Source of the DNA: Chloroflexota bacterium
GTDB taxonomy: Bacteria > Chloroflexota > UBA11872 > VXNJ01
NCBI GenBank assembly: GCA_965261345.1
Contig: OZ253449.1
Location: 1,056,001 to 1,120,000 of the forward strand
Length of the DNA: 64,000 nt
Reading direction: 5' to 3'
The notes below the pieces were generated by a model, which worked only from the letters and a program-made list of their open reading frames with translations, was not told where the DNA came from and ran no database searches. The translations under genes and the position numbers were made by a program. Every line of letters begins with the position of its first letter. Position 1 is the stretch's first letter. Of this stretch, positions 56,055 to 64,000 are shown piece by piece.

Positions 56055-56264
56055 TGATCGATAAATTTATAGGACCGCTGATTGGGCTGAGATTACGCTT
56101 TATTCACTCAAAAAAGGCACTGGATCGCCGCTCATTGAGCCGCGTCCACCAATTCACTGGAAATCGCAAGCTTGCCGTCCCACTTACGGATTCCGATGAC
56201 ACGATTTACATTCGCCTTACAAACCCCTATATGAAGCTGCGAAATACGCCAGTGCGACCTTTGT

Positions 56265-56645
56265 TCAGCTGACCGATTTTCGACCGGCAAACCCCTCTTG
56301 CGGATAGTGCCAATAGGTAATGTCGGGCTCGCCCAGGCGATAACACCAACAAACGTCGCGATCGGCTCTGCGGCCAGGGAAGTCGATGATTCCCTCATCT
56401 AGATCGCGAACCAACACTCCCTCAGCAGCGAGTTCAACCAGCAGATCGCCGACCGCTTGCAACAACTCGGGCAGACCCTTGGCCGGGCTGTCATCGCCAG
56501 AGAGACCTTCAATGGCCCGACCCCAAGCACGTAAATCGGCGCGGTGTCGGGCGATCTGGTCCAGGCGCTCGATCGTTGCCGGGAGCGCCGCGCGGGCCTC
56601 GGCCAGGCTGTAAACCCGGTCGCGGTCACCTGGCTTTCTCGGCAA
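56265..56645 (-). CDS. DUF2203-family protein
   Basis: YSLAEARAALP, GVLVRDLDEGIIDFP, WCYRLGEPDITYWH...GFAGRK. Confidence 0.85.
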   Translation of the reverse strand: MPRKPGDRDRVYSLAEARAALPATIERLDQIARHRADLRAWGRAIEGLSGDDSPAKGLPELLQAVGDLLVELAAEGVLVRDLDEGIIDFPGRRADRDVCWCYRLGEPDITYWHYPQEGFAGRKSVS

Positions 56646-56657
56646 CTTGCTAGTCAG

Positions 56658-57731
56658 CTATTCGTCGTCGTCGGGCGAGGACTTGCCGCCGCCGGCGAAC
56701 TTTGGAGGCTGGCGGTTCCAAGGGTTCCAGCCGCCCTTGTCGGCGATCATCATCTCGTCGGCGACAAGGCGTTGGAAGGCCGCATCGGATATCGCCGCGA
56801 CCTCGGCGAGGAGTTCATCCGACAGCTTCCACTCGGCTGCCCGGGCGGCGTCGTTAACCTCCGCGGGGGTTCGGAATCCAACCAGCGCGGTGGTAACGAC
56901 CCGGTGTGAGAGCACCCATGCCAGCCCCAGATCGGGCAGGGTGTGGCCCTCGCGTTCGGCAATCGCTCGCAACTCGTCCTGGGTCTGCACGTTCAGCGGG
57001 AAATGTTTTTTGCGATCAAAGAACGGCATCCCGAAGGCGTGCCCCGAATCTCGCCAATCCCAGGAATCAAACTCATGGTCGGCGGTCATGTTGCCGGCCA
57101 GCAGGCCATGGGCAAGCGAACCGTAGCTCATGATGCCAACCGCGTTTTGCTCGCACCATGGCATCACGTCGCGCTCGATCCGGCGCTCCAGCATCGAATA
57201 ACCCATCTGGTTGGCGACCAGTTTTACGTGCTTGGAGCATTCGTCCAGCATCTCCGGCATGAAATTGGAGACCCCGATGTAGCGGATCTTGCCGGCTTTC
57301 TGTAGTTCTTCCAGGGCCCGCATCGTCTGCTCAAACGGCGTATCGACGTCCGGCCAGTGGATCAGCAGCAGGTCGATGCGGTCGGTCTGCAGGTTTTTCA
57401 GGCTCTGTTCGCAGGATTCGAGCACGTGAGCGCGGGTGCCATTTCGCTCCATCCGTTTTTCGGCATCGTTCCAGGCGATCCCGCATTTGGTAACTATGAT
57501 CACCTGGTCACGGATCGGTTTCAGCGCTTCCCCCATGACCCGCTCGGAGTGTCCCAGTCCGTAACCGGCCGCGTTGTCAAAGCAGGTAACTCCCAGGTCG
57601 AATGCCCGCATCACCGCAGCCTGGCCCTCGCCATCGTCGACCGCCCCGTATTGGGTGCCCCCCATTGGCCAGCCGCCAAAGCCGACGACCGACACCTCTA
57701 GGTCGGAATCGCCAAACTTGCGATATTCCAT
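56658..57731 (-). CDS. Aldo/keto reductase
   Basis: FDNAAGYGLGHSE, TKCG, DLLLIHWPD, GKIRYIGVSNF. Confidence 0.9.
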   Translation of the reverse strand: MEYRKFGDSDLEVSVVGFGGWPMGGTQYGAVDDGEGQAAVMRAFDLGVTCFDNAAGYGLGHSERVMGEALKPIRDQVIIVTKCGIAWNDAEKRMERNGTRAHVLESCEQSLKNLQTDRIDLLLIHWPDVDTPFEQTMRALEELQKAGKIRYIGVSNFMPEMLDECSKHVKLVANQMGYSMLERRIERDVMPWCEQNAVGIMSYGSLAHGLLAGNMTADHEFDSWDWRDSGHAFGMPFFDRKKHFPLNVQTQDELRAIAEREGHTLPDLGLAWVLSHRVVTTALVGFRTPAEVNDAARAAEWKLSDELLAEVAAISDAAFQRLVADEMMIADKGGWNPWNRQPPKFAGGGKSSPDDDE

Positions 57732-57867
57732 TGGTACCACCATTCCTTGCGGGCAGTTGCCCAATAACCAAAGCCCACGGGCGTTGAAACTCCTTGCCGA
57801 TTATTGACAATCCGGCCGCCGGGCCGGCCCGGCGCGGCCCCATTGCGCGGCCAGAATCGCGCGGGCC

Positions 57868-58428
57868 ATGATCGCGTTCTGGTTCAAGCTCGCCGCCGCC
57901 ACTGTGGCCGTTGCGCTGCTTTTGGCAGTCGTCTATCTGGTTTATCTTGCCTCGGTAGCCGGCCTGGTCCAGGTCCCGGCCCTTGCCGGAGTATCCGGCG
58001 AGAGCGCCGCCGCCCTGGGTGATTCCGGGGCTACCGCCACGCCGGCTTCGTTCACCCGGGTGCTGGAGGCCTCGGCGGTGGTCGAGAGCCCCCAGGGTTG
58101 GACCGATATCGGCATCTCAGCGGTGGCGTTCAATCATTACGTGGCCGCTAGCGGCCGGGCGAGCCCGCAACTTGAATGGGCGCGGGCGCGGGTGGCCGGT
58201 GCCAGCGTGGCGGTCGAGGGCGAGCTTCGTGGGCACCTAAACGTCCCTTTCGCCGGCCATTTACAAACCAGCGTCGAAGGCCAGGAATTGATCCTGCATC
58301 TGGCAGTTGAACGATTCGGCGTCCTGCCGCTCCCGCAGCTCCTGTTCGGCGACGGCGTACAGGTGCGCGTTCCCGCCAGCCGGTTCCTGCTCTCACTGCT
58401 CGGCCTCGGCCGGGCGGCGGTGGGGTAG
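57868..58428 (+). CDS. Hypothetical membrane-anchored protein
   Basis: N-terminal TM helix; ORF fills the gap between genes. Confidence 0.55.
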   Translation: MIAFWFKLAAATVAVALLLAVVYLVYLASVAGLVQVPALAGVSGESAAALGDSGATATPASFTRVLEASAVVESPQGWTDIGISAVAFNHYVAASGRASPQLEWARARVAGASVAVEGELRGHLNVPFAGHLQTSVEGQELILHLAVERFGVLPLPQLLFGDGVQVRVPASRFLLSLLGLGRAAVG

Positions 58429-58429
58429 C

Positions 58430-59425
58430 TTAAACCGGGTGCTGGTCGGACCGCTTGAGCCAGTTGACGCTGGTGGCCTTGGTCCCGCGGACCAGGCGGC
58501 GCACCTCGGCCCGGCGGGCAGTCGGCAGATGCTGTTTTTCCAGCCAGGCCCGCGAAGCTACGTACTTGGTCATTGCCACCTCGATCGGCAGGCGCGAATC
58601 CGGAAATTGCGCATAGAAATCAAGTAGTTTCTCACGCTGGATTGTCAGGGTCGACAGCGCCGTTATCGCCTGCACGGTGGCCGGGCGGGCGGTTTGCCCC
58701 AGCAGGGCCAGCTCGCCAAAATGGTCGCTTTCGTCCAGCTCGTGATATCGCGTCCGTGGTCGGCCCTGGCGCCGGTCATAGCTGACCACATCGAGGAGCG
58801 CCCGACCACGCCGGATATAGTGCAGGTCGACGCCATAGTCGCCCTGCCGGAATACGAACCGGCCGGCTGGAAAGTGGCCCCAGGCAAATCTTTGTGCCAG
58901 CGACTCAAGCTCGTTGGCCGACAGATGCGAGAAATAGTCCAGTTTGCGCAGATAGGCAGTCAACACGGTTCGTAGGTACGACTCGTTTAGCGCCCGGACA
59001 AGCTCGGATTCCTGTCCGAGCGGGCCCACCAAGCGCGACAGATCCAGCACCAGGATTTCACTGCCCGTTTCGGTGACCGCCAGGATCGGATCCGGATGTC
59101 CGATCGCACTTTCGAAATTTCCAAATACCGCAAGCTCTCCGACCACCCGGCCGCGCCGCTCGCGCTCATCGGGGTGCGAGGGCGTCGAAATCCGCACCTT
59201 GCCGGTCGCCACCACGTAGAGACTGTGATCGCCGATCCCCGGTTCGGTGATGACGGTGTTGGCCGGCGAGACCAGCAAGGTGCCGCGGCGCGCCAGTTGA
59301 CGCCGCAAGTTCGGCGGCAGCGAATCGAATATCTCGATCTCCGCCAGCGCCTCTTCAAACCTTCCGGTGCGAATCTTCCAACCCAGTGCCCGGACGGCGT
59401 AGGAGAGCGAGTCAATCAGCCCCAA
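58430..59425 (-). CDS. Tandem cyclic-nucleotide-binding domain protein
   Basis: Domain 1: IFDSLP..ITEPG..SLYVVATGKVRI..GELAV; domain 2: YFSHLS..VFRQGDYG..LHYIRRG..FGELALL...RPATV. Confidence 0.85.
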   Translation of the reverse strand: MGLIDSLSYAVRALGWKIRTGRFEEALAEIEIFDSLPPNLRRQLARRGTLLVSPANTVITEPGIGDHSLYVVATGKVRISTPSHPDERERRGRVVGELAVFGNFESAIGHPDPILAVTETGSEILVLDLSRLVGPLGQESELVRALNESYLRTVLTAYLRKLDYFSHLSANELESLAQRFAWGHFPAGRFVFRQGDYGVDLHYIRRGRALLDVVSYDRRQGRPRTRYHELDESDHFGELALLGQTARPATVQAITALSTLTIQREKLLDFYAQFPDSRLPIEVAMTKYVASRAWLEKQHLPTARRAEVRRLVRGTKATSVNWLKRSDQHPV

Positions 59426-59442
59426 AAACTCACACTCCTCTT

Positions 59443-60999
59443 CTAAGGCTCTTCTATGGCGCGGTCGGTCGGTTCAACGTCCTCGTCTGGTCCTCCCGCC
59501 GGCGGCAGCGCCCGCAGGAAATCGCCGATCTCGTCAGCGAATTCGCTTGACTGGTCATCGTAGCACTGGAACGGGTCGGCAATGCTTAGAACCTTCCCGT
59601 TTACGGCGATCGATTCCCAGTCCAGCACATACGGCACCAGATCCCAGACCCCGGCTGCGGCCACCTCCCGCCAACCGTCAATGTAGGAATAGACGCGGTA
59701 GAGGCGACCTTCCCAAAGTGCGTAATCTGATAGTCCGTGGCGCAATTCGGACCAATCGACGTGTTCGGCCGCGTCAGCCTTAGCCAGCGCCCGCAGGACC
59801 TTGGCGCGGGCATGGGCGCGGGTGTCCAATGGCGGCTCGGAAACCGCCCGCTGGGCCACCGGGGTCGGCAACAGGAAGCGCATCCGGGAATGCTCGCGCA
59901 GCGCCGTAAATACGCTCTGGCGGGGGTCGATGATGTGGTATGCCTGATCCACCTTGAGCAGATCACGGTCGCTCCACCCGAGGGAGCTGCCGTCGGCAAA
60001 TTCGCTAAGCACCTTCTTTTTGGAAACCCAGTCCAAATGGCCATCTAGCGTCATTGGATCAGATTCGAGCTGATCTAGGACCTGTTCCCAGTTCTCAAGG
60101 GTCCATGCGGTATCGGCATCTCTGCCCGCAAACCGCCGGGTGGCCTCGTTGAGGTATTGGCGCTGCACGTCAACCGCCGCAATCGATCCGTAGCGCTCCT
60201 CCGAGACAGTCCAGTCGCCCACCGTGTTGGCGGCAATTTGGCGCAGATCGCGCACCGGCGCTTCAAGCTGGAGCGATTGCGACCAACCGGCGTCGAGCAA
60301 CTGGGCCACTAGGGCGGTGGTGCCGATCTTGAGGGCAGTGGCAAATTCAGACCGATTGCAGTCGCCGATGATCACGTGTAGGCGCGGCCGGGAACCCAAC
60401 GGCTCATCGCGCAAGTTGATGATCGGGCGGCCGCCGTAGCGCACCCGCCGTGAAACGCCCACATCGGCGAATCCGGCGCGCTGGCTCAGTTGGTATTGCC
60501 CGGGCCGGCCGCGCCCGGAAAAACTGATCAGGCCGGCACCGGCAAAGATCTGGCGGGTCACCAGAAAGGGCATTAGCCCGGAAACTACCGTCTCGTCGTC
60601 GGGACGGCGGCGCATCGAATAGCTCTCATGGTACCCGAAGGTGTTGCCGCAGTAGTCGGTGTTGCTCTTGACAAAGTAGATCGGGTCCTGCCGCTGCAGG
60701 CGTGCAAGTGTTTCCAGCAGAATCGGTTCGATCGCCAGCTCATGGGCCACCAGAGCGGCCAGGCTGCGGCATTCGGCAGTGGCGTATTCAAGGTGCCCTG
60801 AGTCGATCAGCAGGCGCCCGCCGTTGAACAGGAACCCGCCGTTGGCCGGGGTTTCGCCCCACTCGCGCGGCGCCGGGTCGACGACCCCGTAGCGGTATCC
60901 GTCAAAGATGTCGGTCTTGACCAATGCCGCCGCCAGCTCCGGTTCCACCGCACCGGTTACTCCGAATTCGATCTCGGTGCCGAACAGGGCATCTTGCAT
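59443..60999 (-). CDS. pafA: Pup/UBact ligase, PafA family
   Basis: FGTEIEFG, NGGFLFNGGRLLIDSGHLEYATAEC, NTFGYHESY, PFLVTRQIFAGAG, INLRDEP, RLHVIIGDCNRSE, DTRA. Confidence 0.85.
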   Translation of the reverse strand: MQDALFGTEIEFGVTGAVEPELAAALVKTDIFDGYRYGVVDPAPREWGETPANGGFLFNGGRLLIDSGHLEYATAECRSLAALVAHELAIEPILLETLARLQRQDPIYFVKSNTDYCGNTFGYHESYSMRRRPDDETVVSGLMPFLVTRQIFAGAGLISFSGRGRPGQYQLSQRAGFADVGVSRRVRYGGRPIINLRDEPLGSRPRLHVIIGDCNRSEFATALKIGTTALVAQLLDAGWSQSLQLEAPVRDLRQIAANTVGDWTVSEERYGSIAAVDVQRQYLNEATRRFAGRDADTAWTLENWEQVLDQLESDPMTLDGHLDWVSKKKVLSEFADGSSLGWSDRDLLKVDQAYHIIDPRQSVFTALREHSRMRFLLPTPVAQRAVSEPPLDTRAHARAKVLRALAKADAAEHVDWSELRHGLSDYALWEGRLYRVYSYIDGWREVAAAGVWDLVPYVLDWESIAVNGKVLSIADPFQCYDDQSSEFADEIGDFLRALPPAGGPDEDVEPTDRAIEEP

Positions 61000-61005
61000 G
61001 CGGGA

Positions 61006-61197
61006 CTACTGCCCTCCCGGTTGCGGCGTGGGGTTGGGAATCTCACGAATGATTCGCCGCACCCTCTCGCCTAGCTCCTCTTCCTCGCTCTTGTCCGGCG
61101 AATGGGCGGGGTCCTCGGTCTCGGTTTCCGGTTTACTCGGAGCTTCAGTTTCCAACCCGATGCGGACGCTCAACATGGCGCGTTGCTCTGCTTTCAA
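61006..61197 (-). CDS. Pup/UBact-like small protein modifier (63 aa, C-terminal GGQ)
   Basis: GGAGGA RBS 9 nt before TTG 61197; acidic low-complexity body; ends ..PTPQPGGQ*; lies between dop and pafA. Confidence 0.85.
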   Translation of the reverse strand: MKAEQRAMLSVRIGLETEAPSKPETETEDPAHSPDKSEEEELGERVRRIIREIPNPTPQPGGQ

Positions 61198-61255
61198 TTT
61201 GCCCCATCCTCCAACGCCGGACGGATACCATGGCACCCGTCATTAGATAACATTT

Positions 61256-62800
61256 TCAACCAACGACAGCTTCGGACCCCATAAGCGCCCCGACTAGTTC
61301 GTCCACGTCGGCGGCCGCCTCAACCTTTTCGGCCAGGGCTGCAATAGTTCCCGAATGGACCTGCGAGAGGTCCAGGTGAAACCGCCGGCCGGAAATTTCA
61401 AGCGTCGCCGAATCCCATTCCATCTCCTTGACGTGGCCGCCAAAGTGCGAGATAAGCCTTCCGCGCAGGCGCGCCCGCGTGTCGCCGGGCGGTTGTTTGA
61501 GGTGGGCCCGGGCTTCTGTGGGGTCAAGCAGGGTGCCGATTCGACCCTCGGCCACCAGCTGGTCATAGATCGAATACCTTGGGTCAAGGTAGTGGTAGGC
61601 GACGTCTAAGCGCCGCAGTGTTTCGGCCGGCAGGCCTGCCTGGCCGGGTGCGACTTGCTCAATCAGCTGCAATTTGGCGCACCAGTCGAGGAAATCACCG
61701 GCACCCTCCGGATCGCGACGTAGCAGATCGAGCAGGCGTCGCCACTCGGCGGCAATCCAGTCGCGCTCCGGTCCGCGCAGATCGGCTTCCTCAATCGCCT
61801 GCAGGTAGATTTCCAGCACGTCGAGCATCCCCAACTGGCCGCGCGAGGTCGGCACCATGGCGCAAAGCGCGGGGTCGCGTGAAAACGTCCGGATCGCCTG
61901 CAGCGGGTCGTTGAGGGCGATTCGGAAGTCGTGCCCCTGTTCGACTAGGTCCAGCACCAGCGAGGTCATTCCCACCTTGAGCGCCGTCTGTAGCTGGCTG
62001 CGGTTGGCATCGCCGCAGATCACGTGCATCCGGCGATAGGCCCGGCGGTCGGAATGCGGCTCGTCGCGGGTATTGAAAATCGGACGCTTTGCAGTCGTAT
62101 TTATCCCGGTTATCTGTTCAAAAAAATCGGCCCGCTGGGAAATCTGAAAAGTTACCGCCGGGTCGGCGAAGCGGCCCTCGCTGCCGGCCTTACCGGCACC
62201 GGTCAGGGCGATTCGCGAGACCAGGAAGGGCACAGTCTGGGCGATTAAGAAATCCATCCCGACCGACCGGTTCAAAAGGTAGTTTTCATGGGTTCCGTAT
62301 GAACGGCCGTGATAGTCGGTGTTGTTCTTGACCAATAGCACCTCGTCGGTCGAGCGGGCGTTGCGCTGGCGCTGACAGGCAAGTAGGAGTTGTTCGCCGG
62401 CGGCGTCCTGGCGGGCGACCTCGAATGCCGAACGGGTGGCATCGGTGCAGTACTCGGGATGGTTGTGGTCGTTGTAAAAGCGCGCGCCGTTGGGCAGGAT
62501 CGTATCGGCGATCAGCTCGGCCCGGGAGAGCCTGGCACTCTCGCCCGCCACCGCGGCCAGATCGTGCGGGTCGCGGGCCAGGCGGTGACGCCGGCCGAAG
62601 AAATCCAGGCGGCCGTCCTCGCCCGAATAATCCCAGCCGCGATGAATCGGACGCAGGCAGAGCGAGCGGACCAAGGTCGAGGCCAGGAACCCAAAATCCA
62701 CTGGCTCGGCAAAACCCTGGCAGATCATCCCGTATTCGGTCTCGATTCCCATTGGGCGCAGCCCGCCGAGTTGACCGTTTGGCAGCTGGAAGGCGGTCAC
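61256..62800 (-). CDS. dop: Dop-family deamidase/depupylase
   Basis: MGIETEYG, WDYSGE Dop-loop-like insert, NGARFYNDHNHPEY, KNNTDYHGRSYGTHENY, SQRADFF, RPIFNTRDEPH, HVICGDAN. Confidence 0.88.
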   Translation of the reverse strand: MTAFQLPNGQLGGLRPMGIETEYGMICQGFAEPVDFGFLASTLVRSLCLRPIHRGWDYSGEDGRLDFFGRRHRLARDPHDLAAVAGESARLSRAELIADTILPNGARFYNDHNHPEYCTDATRSAFEVARQDAAGEQLLLACQRQRNARSTDEVLLVKNNTDYHGRSYGTHENYLLNRSVGMDFLIAQTVPFLVSRIALTGAGKAGSEGRFADPAVTFQISQRADFFEQITGINTTAKRPIFNTRDEPHSDRRAYRRMHVICGDANRSQLQTALKVGMTSLVLDLVEQGHDFRIALNDPLQAIRTFSRDPALCAMVPTSRGQLGMLDVLEIYLQAIEEADLRGPERDWIAAEWRRLLDLLRRDPEGAGDFLDWCAKLQLIEQVAPGQAGLPAETLRRLDVAYHYLDPRYSIYDQLVAEGRIGTLLDPTEARAHLKQPPGDTRARLRGRLISHFGGHVKEMEWDSATLEISGRRFHLDLSQVHSGTIAALAEKVEAAADVDELVGALMGSEAVVG

Positions 62801-63549
62801 CCGGCGACCTCGGCCAGCTCAAGCAGATGCGCCCGCGGGCGACAGCGCAGTCGCAGCGGAATTCCGGACCAGCCGAGGCCAATGCTTACGTGGCAGAGCC
62901 GGCCACCCAGGACCATCACCCCATCGGCGGCCGGCAATCGATTGCGGGTGTTGGTCGGGGTCGGCAACATCGGGATGTTGAGTTGGCCCCCGTGGGTATG
63001 GCCCGAAAGGGCCAGGTCGCAGCGGTAATCGCCCACATCAAATACACCGTCCGGTGAATGGGTCAACAGAAGGGTGCCGAGGCCCTGGTCTGAACCGGCG
63101 TAGGCACTTGCGATATCGTGGCGTGCGCGATGCGGGTCATCGGTGCCGATCAGGTTCAGCCTCCGGTCGCCAATCCGTACTTGGACCGACTCGTTTACCA
63201 GCAACCGTACCCCGCTGGCGGCCAAGACGTTGACAACTTGCCCCGGGTCCAGCAGCAGATCGTGGTTGCCGAGGCAGGCGAATGCCCCCAGGCGCGGCCT
63301 GATTCGACCAAGCGCCCGGGCGGTTTCGGCCAGGGCCGGGCCATTTTCAGCGATGTCGCCGGTAACGCACAGGAGATCGCAGGCGACCGGGGCCAAGGAC
63401 CGCAGAGCGCGCGACGGGAAATCGTCGGCGCTACGGGCATGAATGTCTGAGACATGCAAGATCGAAATCCCGGCCAACCCCGAACCATTGGGGAGCGGCA
63501 GGAGGATTTTCTCCAGGATATTCCCGGCCCCCGGACTTGTTTGGTTCAT
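62797..63549 (-). CDS. Calcineurin-like metallophosphoesterase (YkuE/YaeI-like)
   Basis: SDIH, TGD, GNHD, HSPD, GHTHGGQ; stop overlaps the dop GTG start. Confidence 0.88.
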   Translation of the reverse strand: MNQTSPGAGNILEKILLPLPNGSGLAGISILHVSDIHARSADDFPSRALRSLAPVACDLLCVTGDIAENGPALAETARALGRIRPRLGAFACLGNHDLLLDPGQVVNVLAASGVRLLVNESVQVRIGDRRLNLIGTDDPHRARHDIASAYAGSDQGLGTLLLTHSPDGVFDVGDYRCDLALSGHTHGGQLNIPMLPTPTNTRNRLPAADGVMVLGGRLCHVSIGLGWSGIPLRLRCRPRAHLLELAEVAG

Positions 63550-63599
63550 ATTTGTCTATTGAATTGATCGACCCGATTACCTAGAAAGTTTGACCGCAT

Positions 63600-64000
63600 A
63601 TGGACTCCGGCCACATCTCCAAGATCGGTATCCTCACCGGCGGGGGCGATTGCTGTGGGCTCAACGCTGCAATCCGTGCGGTCGTCCTGCTGGCACATCG
63701 TCGCTCGTGGAGCGTGCGCGGCTACCTAGACGGCTGGGCCGGGGCGGTGGCCAACCATTGGCGTGAGCTAACTCCGGACGCGGTGGCTGAGATCATCTAC
63801 CAGGGTGGGACTATGCTGGGCACCTCGCGCACCGATCCGCGTTCCGACGCGAGCGCATATGCCCGGGTCGAGGCGCTCTTCGCCGATGGCGGGATCGACG
63901 CCCTGGTTGCCATCGGCGGCGACGATACGCTATCGGTGGCGGCTCAACTGGCCGCCGATGGCAACCCGGTCGTCGGCGTTCCCAAGACGATGGACAACGA
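63600..64000 (+). CDS. pfkA: 6-phosphofructokinase, probably PPi-dependent (runs off the window)
   Basis: IGILTGGGDCCGLNAAIRAVV, GGTMLGTSR, IGGDDT, VGVPKTMDN. Confidence 0.9.
   Translation, partial: MDSGHISKIGILTGGGDCCGLNAAIRAVVLLAHRRSWSVRGYLDGWAGAVANHWRELTPDAVAEIIYQGGTMLGTSRTDPRSDASAYARVEALFADGGIDALVAIGGDDTLSVAAQLAADGNPVVGVPKTMDN

Overview
GC-rich bacterial chromosomal window; the taxon cannot be determined from the sequence alone. From left to right it holds: a large serine recombinase element abutting a truncated IS1380; tandem sulfatases; nfeD/SPFH; an Aap/Bzt-type amino-acid ABC transporter; a complete type I-C CRISPR-Cas locus (cas3-5-8c-7-4-1-2; 41 repeats, 40 spacers) whose trailer runs into nested IS remnants next to tRNA-Arg(CCT); a long catabolic block (oxidoreductases, GH51, sulfatases, CoxMSL-like molybdoenzyme plus MoaD); aroC; nrdA; and the start of a PPi-type pfk. 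Two observations stand out. (1) An apparent operon, metallophosphoesterase - Dop - 63-aa Pup/UBact-like GGQ tag - PafA - tandem cNMP-binding protein, with no proteasome or ARC genes in the window. (2) A CRISPR spacer matching the 3' end of the window's own nrdA (23/27 nt, mostly synonymous mismatches), where the host site is one synonymous change from the canonical I-C PAM.
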